A stretch of 64,000 bases of DNA from a virus (IMGVR_UViG_3300036818_000089:11797-75796), one strand, 5' to 3'; shown: positions 1 through 9,678, numbered from the stretch's first letter. Translations and numbers: made by a program. The notes: generated by a model not told the origin, from the letters alone.

Positions 1-501
1 GCCGGGTCCCCCACGCACGCCATGGACTGGGCCGTCATGGACGAAGAACTCCGGCGGTTCCTGCGGAAGACGCCACAGGCCGAGCTGCATGTGATCGGGG
101 CGCCGGTGCAACGCTGGTCGCGGATCCCGCCCTCGCGGATGCGGTCCACCGGATGGTTCCCGTCCGTCGACGCCTACCTGCGGTCGGTGGACTTCCACAT
201 CGGGCTCGCCCCGCTCGCGCAGCACCAGTTCAACCTCAGCAAATCCCCGGTGAAAGTTTTGGAGTACGGGGCCCTCGGTATTCCCGTCATCGCCTCCGAC
301 GTCGGCCCATACCGCGACTACGTCCGCCACGGCGAAACCGGCTACCTCGTCCGCAAGCCTGGCGATTGGCTGCGGTATCTCCGCGAACTGGTCCACGACG
401 AGGCTGCCCGCACCGAGATGGGCGCCGCCGGACGCAGACAAGCCGCCGAGAACACCATCGAGAGGAACGGACACCTGTGGGAAGCAGCGATGGCAGGATG
501 A
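1..501 (+). CDS. Glycosyltransferase, GT4/GT-B fold C-terminal part (5' truncated by window)
   Basis: Frame is open from base 1 (AGSPTHAMDW...). Motifs IGLAPL..FNLSKSPVKVLEYGALGIPVIASDVGPY and HGETGYLV are typical of GT4 C-terminal domains. Confidence 0.85.
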   Translation, partial: AGSPTHAMDWAVMDEELRRFLRKTPQAELHVIGAPVQRWSRIPPSRMRSTGWFPSVDAYLRSVDFHIGLAPLAQHQFNLSKSPVKVLEYGALGIPVIASDVGPYRDYVRHGETGYLVRKPGDWLRYLRELVHDEAARTEMGAAGRRQAAENTIERNGHLWEAAMAG

Positions 502-1001
502 CCACAGTTGATCTGGTGGTTCGCCTGAAGGCAGCGATCGAGGCGAAGGCAGCCAAGGCGCGAGCAGCGACACCCGGACCGTGGTTCACTCCCGAACCCG
601 GCGATATCGCGGAGTGGACGGTGTACGGGGCGCTCAGCGCCGACCGCCGCCGGGGCTGGGCCATCTTGGAGACGCGCCAGTTCCCGCGAGAGTGCATGTA
701 CAACGAGGCATCGGGCCTGAGGATGCCCGCCATGGTCGTTGAGCACGCGAACGCGAATGCCGAGCACATCGCCGACAACGACCCGGCCGACGTGCTGCGC
801 GGGTGCGACGCGGACATGCATATGGTCCAGCTTCACGCCGACCAGCACGAGTGCGCTGGGTACGGGCCCCGCGCATACGGCTTCCCCTACCAGGGTTGCG
901 ACACGCTGAGGCTGATGGCCGCCCGGTACAAGATCGACGGCTGGCCAATCGATGTGGACGAGCACGGCGAGCCCCTACCGACCGACGAGGAGGACGCGTG
1001 A
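498..1001 (+). CDS. Phage protein, DUF6221/Ead-like
   Basis: ATGA overlap with the previous stop. ARAATPGPW, HIADNDPADVLR and CDTLRLMA pattern seen in actinophage accessory proteins. Confidence 0.55.
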   Translation: MTTVDLVVRLKAAIEAKAAKARAATPGPWFTPEPGDIAEWTVYGALSADRRRGWAILETRQFPRECMYNEASGLRMPAMVVEHANANAEHIADNDPADVLRGCDADMHMVQLHADQHECAGYGPRAYGFPYQGCDTLRLMAARYKIDGWPIDVDEHGEPLPTDEEDA

Positions 1002-1240
1002 CGACGAGCATCAGCGACGAGCAGGTCGTCCAAGCCTGCCGCGAATGGGCCGAGGAACCCCACACAGGGTCACTCGACCGGCTGCAGCACATCACCGGCC
1101 AGTCGGAGGAAGCCTGCGCGGCCGCGATGCACGCCACCCGCGAGCACGGCCTGATCGAGTGGGGTATCGGCATGGACACCGCGTGGCCCACGCCAGCGGG
1201 CGAGCACCTGTTCGGGCCGTCACACGACACCGCGACGTAA
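998..1240 (+). CDS. Small hypothetical phage protein
   Basis: GTGA overlap with the previous gene and GAGGA RBS; 80 aa. Confidence 0.55.
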   Translation: MTTSISDEQVVQACREWAEEPHTGSLDRLQHITGQSEEACAAAMHATREHGLIEWGIGMDTAWPTPAGEHLFGPSHDTAT

Positions 1241-1275
1241 CCACCCCGCTGTCGACTGTTCGGGAGACCACCGCC

Positions 1276-1938
1276 ATGACCATCTCCACACCACCCGCCG
1301 TAGACGACGCCATGCCGCCACGTATCGCGAAACTGCCCCGATACCGGGCCTACCCGGTCCCGTGGTTCGTCGAATGGTTCGACGGCACACCCGACTTTCG
1401 CGTAGCTGACTCGGCGAAACAGGCCGACGCAACCCGGTTCCACCTGTGCTGGGTGTGCGGCGAACGCACCGGCCGGCACGTCGCGTTCGTCATCGGCCCG
1501 ATGTGCGCGGTGAACCGGGTGTCAGCCGAGCCGCCCTGCCACACCGACTGCGCCGTGTACTCGGCCACGCACTGCCCGTTCCTGGCCAACCCGAACATGA
1601 CGCGCCGCGAACGCGGGCTGCCCGCTGACTATGTCGATCCGGCCGGGGTGATGCTGCTCCGCAACCCTGGCGTGGCGTTGGTGTGGGCGACCCGCGCATG
1701 GTCCACGTTCCGCGCGCCCGGCGGCTACCTGTACGACATCGGCGAGCCGACGCAGGTGTCGTGGTTCGCCCACGGCCGACCGGCCACCCGCGACGAGGTG
1801 TTGGCGTCGATCGACACGGGGTTGCCGGCGTTGCGGGAGATGGCCGACGAGGACGGCGAGTTGGGTCGGCGGGAACTGGACAAACAACTCGCGGCGGCGA
1901 TGCAACTCGTGCCAGCGGCGACTGGGGCGACGCGGTGA
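1276..1938 (+). CDS. Conserved Cys-rich hypothetical phage protein
   Basis: GGAGA RBS; PVPWF, CWVCG and EPPCHTDCAVYSATHCPFL motifs. Confidence 0.6.
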   Translation: MTISTPPAVDDAMPPRIAKLPRYRAYPVPWFVEWFDGTPDFRVADSAKQADATRFHLCWVCGERTGRHVAFVIGPMCAVNRVSAEPPCHTDCAVYSATHCPFLANPNMTRRERGLPADYVDPAGVMLLRNPGVALVWATRAWSTFRAPGGYLYDIGEPTQVSWFAHGRPATRDEVLASIDTGLPALREMADEDGELGRRELDKQLAAAMQLVPAATGATR

Positions 1939-2627
1939 TCGACAGTTTGTGTGTGTTCGTTCCGTCCAGGGGCAGGCCCGTGTCCGCGTTGGAACTCGCC
2001 GACCAGATCCGGGCCACCGCCACCGGGTACACGTGGCCTGTTCTGGTGGTGGACGAGGACGACCCGAAACGCGACGAATACATGACAACCGAAACCACCG
2101 TGCAGGTCGTCCCGCCCGGATCGGAAGGCATGGTCGGCGCCCTGAACCGGGCAGTCGCCGAGTACGCGCTCGGCGACGGCACTGCTGTTGCTTTCATGGG
2201 CGACGACCACCGGCCACGCACGCCAGGGTGGGACACCGCCTACCTCGACGCCCTCAACCAGTTCGGCACCGGCCTGGTGTACGGCAACGACCTGATCCAC
2301 GGCGCCGCACTGCCCACCCAGGTCGCGATGACCGCCGACATTCCCCGCGCACTCGGGTTCATGGCCCCGCCAGCCCTGGGTCACCTGTACGTGGACAACT
2401 TCTGGCACGAACTCGGCTCGACACTCGACCGGATGCGGTACCTGCCCGGTGTGATCGTCGAGCACATGCACCCGCTCGTCGGGAAAGCCCCAGACGACGA
2501 CGGGTATCGGCGGGTCAACGCACCCGAGCGGGTGGAAGCGGACCGGCTGGCGTTCGAGCGGTACATGCACGGCCAGTTCACCGAGGACGTCGCGAAGGTG
2601 CGGAAGGTGATGGCGCCGCGTGGGTGA
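1935..2627 (+). CDS. Glycosyltransferase, GT2/GT-A fold
   Basis: GTGA overlap; VPSRGRP, VVDEDD and FMGDDHRP (DxD-like) motifs. Confidence 0.75.
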   Translation: MIDSLCVFVPSRGRPVSALELADQIRATATGYTWPVLVVDEDDPKRDEYMTTETTVQVVPPGSEGMVGALNRAVAEYALGDGTAVAFMGDDHRPRTPGWDTAYLDALNQFGTGLVYGNDLIHGAALPTQVAMTADIPRALGFMAPPALGHLYVDNFWHELGSTLDRMRYLPGVIVEHMHPLVGKAPDDDGYRRVNAPERVEADRLAFERYMHGQFTEDVAKVRKVMAPRG

Positions 2628-3237
2628 GTGGCAGTTGTTCGAGCCCGGCACGGTGCCGGCGCACACCACACCGGAGTGGTACGCCAGCCGGGAGCGGGCG
2701 CCGCACGTGGACCAGGCCGAGCACCGCGGGCGCCTGGACATCGCCGCCGGGTTCGTCGGCGAAGTGGTCCGCGAGTTCGGGGTGGTGTCGCTGGCCGACT
2801 TGGGCGCCGGCGATGGTGGGCTTCTGTCGCTGGTGGTGGAGCGGATGCCGGAGATGCGCGGCGCCGTGTGGGGTTACGACCTTCAGCAGAGCAACGTCGA
2901 CGGTGCCCGCGAACGCGGGATGAACGTGTTTTACGGCGACGTCGTTGACCCCGACAACGGTGGCCGCGCTCCGACCACGTGGGGCGACATCGCGGTGGCG
3001 ACGGAGATGCTGGAGCACCTGGTCGACCCGCACGCTTTCGTGCGCAGGATCCGGCGGCACGCGACGTGGCTGATCGCCTCCTCCCCGCACAGCGAGCGGC
3101 CCGGCGCGGCGTACGAGTTCCACACGTGGGCATGGGACCTGGACGGCTACCGGGCACTCGTCGAACAGGGCGGGTTCGCGGTGCAGCGGCAGGAGACGTG
3201 GGGCCCGTTCCAGGTGATCCTCGCCCACCGCGCCTGA
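2620..3237 (+). CDS. Class I SAM-dependent methyltransferase
   Basis: DLGAGDGG motif I and EMLEHLVDP motif. Confidence 0.85.
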   Translation: MGEWQLFEPGTVPAHTTPEWYASRERAPHVDQAEHRGRLDIAAGFVGEVVREFGVVSLADLGAGDGGLLSLVVERMPEMRGAVWGYDLQQSNVDGARERGMNVFYGDVVDPDNGGRAPTTWGDIAVATEMLEHLVDPHAFVRRIRRHATWLIASSPHSERPGAAYEFHTWAWDLDGYRALVEQGGFAVQRQETWGPFQVILAHRA

Positions 3238-3283
3238 CGCGGGATGGCTGTGGCGGAGGGGTCGTGCACGGTGACGCCAGCCT

Positions 3284-3297
3284 CATCCGTCACCACA
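3284..3297 (+). promoter_or_regulatory. Dispersed start-associated motif CATCCGTCACCACA (exact copy)
   Basis: Exact copy 15 nt upstream of GTG 3313; see findings for all copies. Confidence 0.75.
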
Positions 3298-3312
3298 AGC
3301 CGGGAGCGCACC

Positions 3313-4218
3313 GTGCACGTCCTCATCACCGGCCACCGCGGTTTCGTCGGGCGTCACGTGTGGCGCGCGTGCGAAGCCCGCGGGGACAGTCTCGTCGGGG
3401 TCGACCTGGTCGACGGGCTGGACTGCCGCGAGTATTTCCGCCACGCCGCCCCGGATCGGTTCGACCTGGTCGTGCACTGCGCGGCGACGGTCGGCGGCCG
3501 CGGCATGATCGAAGGTGCCCAGTTGCGAGTCGCCACGAACCTGTCTCTCGATTCGGAGATGTTCGCGTGGGCGGCGCGGACCCGGCAGCGGCGGGTCGTG
3601 TACCTGTCGTCCAGTGCCGTCTACCCGGTCAAACTGCAGGTCTCGCACAGCATCGGATGGCGGCTCACCGAGTCTGACCTCGACCTGCAGCGCGCCACCG
3701 AACACGGTCTGGGTGGGATGCCGGACGCCACCTACGGGTGGGCGAAACTGTCGGGCGAAGTCCTCGCGCAGTATGCCCGCGACGCTGGGGTGCGGGTGCT
3801 GGTGGTGCGCCCGTTCTCCGGGTACGGCGAGGACCAGCACACTGACTATCCGTTCCCCGCGTTCATCCAGCGCGCCGGCCGCCGCGACCCCCAGTTCACG
3901 GTGTGGGGTGACGGCCAGCAGACGAGGGACTTCATTCACGTCGACGATGTCGTCGCAGGCATGTTGGAGATGGTCGCGCAGGACGTCGACGGTCCAGTGA
4001 ACTTGTGCACCGGGCGGCCGACCTCGATGGACGACCTCGCCCGGCTAGCCTGCGCCACTGCGGGATACGAGCCTGCGCTATGGCATATACGTGATGCGCC
4101 CAGCGGCGTCGCCTACCGGGTCGGGAACCCTGCGGTGATGTCCGGCTGGTACGAGCCGAAAGTCACCCTGGAGGAAGGCGTCACGCGCGCGTTGCGGCGT
4201 TTGGGTCTGGACGTGTGA
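3313..4218 (+). CDS. NAD-dependent epimerase/dehydratase (extended SDR)
   Basis: ITGHRGFVG Rossmann motif, SSSAVY, catalytic YGWAK, RPFSGYG and RDFIHVDD. Confidence 0.9.
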   Translation: MHVLITGHRGFVGRHVWRACEARGDSLVGVDLVDGLDCREYFRHAAPDRFDLVVHCAATVGGRGMIEGAQLRVATNLSLDSEMFAWAARTRQRRVVYLSSSAVYPVKLQVSHSIGWRLTESDLDLQRATEHGLGGMPDATYGWAKLSGEVLAQYARDAGVRVLVVRPFSGYGEDQHTDYPFPAFIQRAGRRDPQFTVWGDGQQTRDFIHVDDVVAGMLEMVAQDVDGPVNLCTGRPTSMDDLARLACATAGYEPALWHIRDAPSGVAYRVGNPAVMSGWYEPKVTLEEGVTRALRRLGLDV

Positions 4219-4444
4219 CGGGACCACCGTGGTGGTCCGGTGGCCCCGCGCGGCGGTTGTGGGAGGGGTAGCGATCCGAGCGAGTATGCCTCTACGTCAC
4301 GCGAAGTCGCGGGGGTTTGTGGGTGTTTCACGCTCGCCAAAACGCGATCGACCCGGATGGAGCAGTCCCCCCGCTTCGCCCCGCCTACCTACTCGCTCTT
4401 AAAACAGCGACCGTAGCGTAGTGCTACCCGTAACCGCCACGTGG

Positions 4445-4672
4445 CTACAGAGTCCACCCCCTAGGGGGATACACCACACTGTCATCCCCCCACTCCGGGG
4501 GCACCCGCATCACCTCGTCGGCGACCGTGACCGCCAGGTGCTGGCCAGCAGGTGACTGGGGGCCGCGTTTGCCCGCCGCCTTCGCCACACCCGCCACCAC
4601 GAGCCACATCAACAGCCACAACACCGCCGCAGAGACCAGCCACGGCCACCAATCGTGCACGAACACCTCCAC
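4445..4672 (-). CDS. Small membrane protein
   Basis: One strongly hydrophobic N-terminal helix. Confidence 0.5.
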   Translation of the reverse strand: MEVFVHDWWPWLVSAAVLWLLMWLVVAGVAKAAGKRGPQSPAGQHLAVTVADEVMRVPPEWGDDSVVYPPRGWTL

Positions 4673-4673
4673 C

Positions 4674-4924
4674 TCACGAACCCCCTTCCGGGTCGATCAC
4701 GACGGTGCACACCGGGCGACGCCAGTGATAGCCGACGGGTATGCCAACGGCGATGTCCAGCGCGAATCCGACACCAGCGGCGGCGAGGTGGGATCCGCTG
4801 GCCGCGACAACGTCCACGAGCAACGCCGCCAGGCACAGGGCCAGCAGCGCGAACGCCGCGGCGGCAGCGCGGGCTAACGCCACGACATCCGACGTGACAC
4901 CCGAACGGACATGGATGGTGCTCA
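4674..4924 (-). CDS. Small membrane protein (start uncertain)
   Basis: Two hydrophobic segments in the C-terminal part of ORF 4674..5144. Confidence 0.4.
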
Positions 4925-5091
4925 CAACCAGCCTCACAGGACATTGAGGCTGGCCGGACGCACACGGCCTGGGGGGAAGGACCGCGGCGCCCGGCCAGCG
5001 GGAAGCGGCACCCGGATCAACCAGGCCAGCGCCGCTCAGCCACAAGCGGACACAGGCCCTCACCAGGGCCGCGGGTAACAGGAGGGTCGGG

Positions 5092-5427
5092 TCAGGCGAC
5101 GCGGCGGTAGCCGGCAGCGAACGCGGCCGCCGCGACCTGGACACCGATGCCGTCGGTCAGCACACGGCTCGGGCTGTCGGCGCCGGCGAGAGCGTCCGAC
5201 GCGACCTGTGCGAGTCCGATGACCTCGTCCCGGTAGTAGCCGACCTTCCCGCGGTGGTATTCACGCGGGTCGATCTGCTCGGTGCTGTCGTCGGCGTCGA
5301 AGCGCACGTGGTGGTCGGCGGGGCGGCCGCAGGTGGGGAAGGTGCAGCGGCCGCGGTCGTCGATGGCGGGTGCGGCGCCGAGGCATCGTTTGTCGGTAAT
5401 CACGATGCGGTCAAATACGGTGTCCAT
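5092..5427 (-). CDS. Hypothetical protein with Cys/His motif
   Basis: CTFPTCGRPADHH; preceded by a variant of the dispersed motif at 5448..5461. Confidence 0.55.
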   Translation of the reverse strand: MDTVFDRIVITDKRCLGAAPAIDDRGRCTFPTCGRPADHHVRFDADDSTEQIDPREYHRGKVGYYRDEVIGLAQVASDALAGADSPSRVLTDGIGVQVAAAAFAAGYRRVA

Positions 5428-5571
5428 GTTTTGGCCTGCCTGGTCCGTGTGGTGACGGTTTGTACAGGCAGAACGCTACGCCCCGCACCCGACAGTGGCA
5501 ACCACCAATTTTAGGTCACATGACCGGCCACATGGCTTGCTGTCGCGAGCTAGAATCGTTAGCGTGACAAC

Positions 5572-5823
5572 ATGCCACCCAAGCCCGAACACGTCGCCAA
5601 GATCCGCGAGTGGACCACCCCCCGCGGCGGCGATCCGTCCCTCGCCAAGCAGTGGCGCGCAGCGGCCGGTCTGACCGCCACCAGCGCCGCCGGAGCGTTG
5701 GGGGTGGGCATACGGACACTCACCAGGTGGGAGACCGGCCGCGCGCAACCTCAAGGCCGCTACCTCGCCGACTACTACCGGTTCCTCAACCGGATCCGAC
5801 CGAAGGAAGGTGAAAGCCAGTGA
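5572..5823 (+). CDS. XRE/Cro-like HTH protein
   Basis: AAGALGVGIRTLTRWETGRAQP HTH; TAGAAT -10-like box at 5551..5556. Confidence 0.8.
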   Translation: MPPKPEHVAKIREWTTPRGGDPSLAKQWRAAAGLTATSAAGALGVGIRTLTRWETGRAQPQGRYLADYYRFLNRIRPKEGESQ

Positions 5824-6857
5824 CCGCTACGCTCCCGGCGCCGCGCGAGGAGGCGTGGGACTGCCCAGCCGCCACCCTGGTGTTGCCTGCGGACGCGCCC
5901 GAAGCCGAGTGGCTCGCCGCGCGCCGCCGCGGTCTGGGTGGGTCGGACGCCTCCACGATCGCCGGACTCGCCAACCCCAACTACACGAGCCTCTACACGC
6001 TGTGGATGGACAAGACCGGCCGCAGGAAGGCGGAACGGAGCACCCGGCAGATGCGCATGGGCAAACTGATGGAACCGGTGCTCGCGCAGCTGTTCACAGA
6101 GGACACCGGACTGGAGATCCGCAGGCAGGGGTTGATGCGGTCGAAGGCGCTTCCGTGGATGCAGGTCACCCTCGACGGGCTGACCAGCGACGGCGGGATC
6201 ATGGAGTTCAAGACGACCAACTGGCGCACCGACGACGCCCGGATCTGGCTGGGCGGCGACATCCCCGACCACGCCGAGTGTCAGAGCCAGTGGGGCATGG
6301 CCGTCACCGGCCGGTCCCACTCGTATGCGATGGGCATGGTCGACAGCGGGTGGACGTACCAGTGGAAGCGGGTCGAGCGGGACGACCAGCTGATTGACCT
6401 GCTCATCGAGATGGGGTACCGGTTGTGGCACCACCATGTCGTCCCGGACGTCGCCCCGCCGGTGGACTCGTCGGAAGCCACTCTGACTGCGCTGAAGGCG
6501 CTGTATGGGCAGGCCGACGAGGGCACCGAGGCGACCGGTGACGCCGGTGTCCTGGCGAAGTACCTGGAGTGGCGAGTAGCGAAGGCGGATGAGGCTGATG
6601 GGCGTGCCCGAGCCAGGGATCTGGAAGGGGTGCTGATCGACGCGTTCGGCACGGCCGACCACCTTCTGGTGCAAGGCGAAGAGATCGCCTCCCGCAAGCA
6701 GAACGGCAAGCTCATCGAGTCTGTGTTCCGCGAGCTGTACCCCGGCCTGGCCGCCGAGTGTGTCACCACCGCACTCGACGTCGATCGCATCAAGAAGGAA
6801 CACCCAGCCGCCTATGCGGCGTGCAGGGCCCGCGTCCTGCGGCCCGTCAAGAAGTAG
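5820..6857 (+). CDS. YqaJ-family viral recombinase (lambda-exonuclease-like)
   Basis: WLAARRRGLGGSD, GKLMEP, TLDG..EFKT and QSQWGM motifs. Confidence 0.9.
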   Translation: MTATLPAPREEAWDCPAATLVLPADAPEAEWLAARRRGLGGSDASTIAGLANPNYTSLYTLWMDKTGRRKAERSTRQMRMGKLMEPVLAQLFTEDTGLEIRRQGLMRSKALPWMQVTLDGLTSDGGIMEFKTTNWRTDDARIWLGGDIPDHAECQSQWGMAVTGRSHSYAMGMVDSGWTYQWKRVERDDQLIDLLIEMGYRLWHHHVVPDVAPPVDSSEATLTALKALYGQADEGTEATGDAGVLAKYLEWRVAKADEADGRARARDLEGVLIDAFGTADHLLVQGEEIASRKQNGKLIESVFRELYPGLAAECVTTALDVDRIKKEHPAAYAACRARVLRPVKK

Positions 6858-6860
6858 CCC

Positions 6861-6874
6861 CATCCGTCACCACA
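6861..6874 (+). promoter_or_regulatory. Dispersed motif CATCCGTCACCACA (exact copy)
   Basis: Intergenic, 27 nt upstream of ATG 6902. Confidence 0.75.
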
Positions 6875-6901
6875 CGGTAAAGAACGGACAATCGAACAGT
6901 C

Positions 6902-8050
6902 ATGGCACAAGGCATGCGTGAGCGCGTCGAAGAACAGCGCGACCAGCAGCAGACCCCCAACCGCCCCGCGAGCCGGCCCAACCGCGGCGAACAGCGCCGC
7001 ACCGACGCCCAACGCGCCGCGTTCGTCCAGGCACCCACCATCCCCACGCTGAAGACCCGCAGGCCCACCGGTCGTGTCCCGCTGCCCCTCGTGCTGTGGG
7101 AGGGCGAGGAGAAGGCCGGGAAGTCCTGGGCGATCGCCGAACTCTCCGGCAACGAGCGTGTCGGCCGCACGTACTGGCTCGACGCCGGCGAAGGGTCCGC
7201 CGACGAGTACGGCGCCGTCCCGGGCGCTGACTTCGAGATCATCGACCACGACGGCACGTGGGGCGACATCCTCGCCCAGGTCGAAGCCGTCCGCACGGTC
7301 GCCCAAGCCGCCGCTGCGGCCGGTGAACCCCCTGTGGTGCTGGCTATCGACTCAATGACCGACCTGTGGGAGATGCTCACCGTCTGGGCCTATGAGAGAG
7401 CAGCCCGGACCGACTCGAACAAGGCCAAGCTGGCGAAGAACCGCGACGCCGAGGTCACCGTGCACCCGACTTTCTGGAATGCAGCGAACCGGCGCCACGA
7501 CCGGCTGATGACGATGCTGCGCGCGTTCCCCGGGATCGTGGTCATGACCGCGCTCGGCAAGGAGGTCGCGGTCATGGACGACCGGGGCAACCCGATCGAG
7601 GGCCGCAAGGAGTATCGGGTCGAGGCGCAGAAGAAGGTCGCCGCGAAAGCGTCGCTGTGGGTGCGGGTGTCGCGCACCGAGGAGCCGCTGGTGATCGGGG
7701 CCCGGTCGGTGAAGCACGGCGTGCGGCCCGGGAAAGATCGGCCGAAGCCGGCGCCCGGTCTCACCCTGGCCGGGGCGATCTTCGACGTGCTGGGCTGCGA
7801 CCCGGCCACCGCCACCGTGCGGGATGTCCGCGAACTCACCCCGGACGACGGCCAGGAACAGCTCGCCGCGGCCCGTGACGCCGTGTGGGAGTCCGCGCAG
7901 GAGCTCGGCTGGGACAGCGGCCAGTTGGAGGCCGATTACGTCTCCTGGTGCAAGGAACCGATCCGGGGGGCCACCGCGCAGGACCTGGACAACTACTTCG
8001 ACCAGATGCCGGTGCCCGACCACGGAGACGGTGAGGGGGCGCAGCAGTGA
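6902..8050 (+). CDS. AAA ATPase, Sak4-like recombination protein
   Basis: Walker A GEEKAGKS and Walker B LAIDS; adjacent to the YqaJ exonuclease. Confidence 0.7.
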   Translation: MAQGMRERVEEQRDQQQTPNRPASRPNRGEQRRTDAQRAAFVQAPTIPTLKTRRPTGRVPLPLVLWEGEEKAGKSWAIAELSGNERVGRTYWLDAGEGSADEYGAVPGADFEIIDHDGTWGDILAQVEAVRTVAQAAAAAGEPPVVLAIDSMTDLWEMLTVWAYERAARTDSNKAKLAKNRDAEVTVHPTFWNAANRRHDRLMTMLRAFPGIVVMTALGKEVAVMDDRGNPIEGRKEYRVEAQKKVAAKASLWVRVSRTEEPLVIGARSVKHGVRPGKDRPKPAPGLTLAGAIFDVLGCDPATATVRDVRELTPDDGQEQLAAARDAVWESAQELGWDSGQLEADYVSWCKEPIRGATAQDLDNYFDQMPVPDHGDGEGAQQ

Positions 8051-8421
8051 ATGGGTGCCCCGAAGTGCGAGAAAGGTCGTCCGGTGTGTCGCGTCTACCC
8101 GTGTGGCAAGCATGCGCGTCGGGTGTGACATCTCACGAGCTCCCCGCGCCGCCGCTGAGCAACCGGCGCGTCGAACCGACCGTCGCCGAACTGGTCGGCC
8201 AGGTGCACCGCACCGGTCTCGCCGCGAGTGACGTCCGCATCCTCCAGTTGATCGCGGACGGCCACCGCTACAGCGAGATCGGTCGGCTGGTGCACCTGTC
8301 GGCCAGCGCGGTCGGCAAGCATGCCCGCGCGATCACCGAACGGCTCGGCGGCCGGAACCTGACCCACGCTGTAGCCATCGCCTACCGGTGCGGGCTGCTG
8401 ACCGCGGCGGAGGTGGCCTGA
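8047..8421 (+). CDS. LuxR C-terminal HTH regulator (start uncertain)
   Basis: ILQLIADGHRYSEIGRLVHLSASAVGKH..RLGGRNLTHAVAIAYRCGLL. Confidence 0.8.
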   Translation: MNGCPEVRERSSGVSRLPVWQACASGVTSHELPAPPLSNRRVEPTVAELVGQVHRTGLAASDVRILQLIADGHRYSEIGRLVHLSASAVGKHARAITERLGGRNLTHAVAIAYRCGLLTAAEVA

Positions 8422-8542
8422 TGGGTAAGCGACGCTTCTACCTACCCCGTCATCTCGGCCGCGGGTGGCTTGTCCTGCTGTACGTGGCGGTCGGGCTGGC
8501 CACCGCGACGATCACCGCTGTCCTGATGTCTGGAGGTTCCCG

Positions 8543-9622
8543 GTGAGCACCGGAATCGAGTGGACCGACGAGACGTGGAACCCAACCACCGGATGTGACC
8601 GGGTCTCCCCCGGCTGCGACCACTGCTACGCCTTGACCATGGCGAAGCGGCTCAAAGGCATGGGGTCGTCGAAGTACCAGACCGACGGCGACCCGCGCAC
8701 CAGCGGCCCAGGGTTCGGTGTCGCCGTGCACCCGGGGTCGCTGGACGCGCCGCTGCACTGGCGGAAGCCGCGACGGATCTTCGTCAACTCCATGGCCGAC
8801 CTGTTCCACGACAAGGTGTCGGACGAGTTCATCGCCGACGTGTTCGCCGTGATGGCGCTGGCCAGCCAGCACACGTTCCAGGTGCTCACCAAACGCCACG
8901 CGAGGATGCGGAACCTGCTGTCGCGGGCTTCGTTCGTCGAGATGGTCGCCGACCGCGTGCAGGTCCGAGACGGGATCTCCTCGCGCGACATCGCCAGTTG
9001 GCCGCTTCCGAACGTGTGGCTGGGTGTGAGCGTCGAGAACCAGCCGTGGGCGGACATCCGCATCCCGGCGCTGCTCGACACGCCGGCAGCGGTGCGGTGG
9101 CTGTCCTGTGAGCCGCTGCTGAGCCCGGTCGACCTGACCAGATGGCTGCACGAGTCGACGTGCGCACTGGCCACGGAGGGGATGTGCACCTGCTTCGAGC
9201 CGCGTGAAGTGCGCCCGGACTGGGTTGTGGTGGGCGGCGAGTCCGGGCCTGGCGCGCGGCCGATGCATCCAGACTGGGCCCGGTCGTTGCGTGATCAGTG
9301 CCAGGCCGCTGACCTGCCATTTCTGTTCAAACAGTGGGGTGATTGGGGACCGGCGCCGTGGGCGATCCGGATCTGCGACCCCGCTGTCGGATGGCAGGGC
9401 ACCGAGGAGGAGTTGGAGGCTGCGAAGCGGGACGCGGAGGCGCATGCGGCGACTCACCTGATCCAGCCTTGGGGGCACCTGCACCGGCCGGTGCACAAGG
9501 CGTGGTCGATGGAGCGTGACGTGGTCGGTGACTACCCGGGTGCGATCCGCAGGTGGGGTAAGGGCGCTGCTGGTCGGGTGCTGGACGGGCGTACGTGGGA
9601 TGGGTACCCGGCGGTGGGTTGA
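8543..9622 (+). CDS. Phage Gp37/Gp68 (DUF5131) family protein, radical-SAM-like
   Basis: IEWTDETWNP, CDRVSPGCDHCYA, FVNSMADLFH, LTKR, WVVVGGESG and FLFKQWG; GGAGG RBS. Confidence 0.92.
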   Translation: MSTGIEWTDETWNPTTGCDRVSPGCDHCYALTMAKRLKGMGSSKYQTDGDPRTSGPGFGVAVHPGSLDAPLHWRKPRRIFVNSMADLFHDKVSDEFIADVFAVMALASQHTFQVLTKRHARMRNLLSRASFVEMVADRVQVRDGISSRDIASWPLPNVWLGVSVENQPWADIRIPALLDTPAAVRWLSCEPLLSPVDLTRWLHESTCALATEGMCTCFEPREVRPDWVVVGGESGPGARPMHPDWARSLRDQCQAADLPFLFKQWGDWGPAPWAIRICDPAVGWQGTEEELEAAKRDAEAHAATHLIQPWGHLHRPVHKAWSMERDVVGDYPGAIRRWGKGAAGRVLDGRTWDGYPAVG

Positions 9623-9637
9623 CAGGTTGTTCGCCGC

Positions 9638-9678
9638 GATTAGGGGGACGTTTGCATGATGCAAACGTCCCCCTAATC
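9638..9678. repeat. Perfect 41-bp palindrome (20-1-20)
   Basis: GATTAGGGGGACGTTTGCAT-G-ATGCAAACGTCCCCCTAATC just after the Gp37/Gp68 stop. Confidence 0.9.

Noticed and set aside
4219-4444. Possible att site or element boundary between convergent genes
   Set aside because: Only a short hairpin (4221..4238). No tRNA fragment or repeated core was found, and phage-type genes and the motif continue on both sides.
9638-9678. Palindrome as an N15-type telomere resolution site
   Set aside because: No protelomerase recognised in the window; kept only as an unexplained palindrome.
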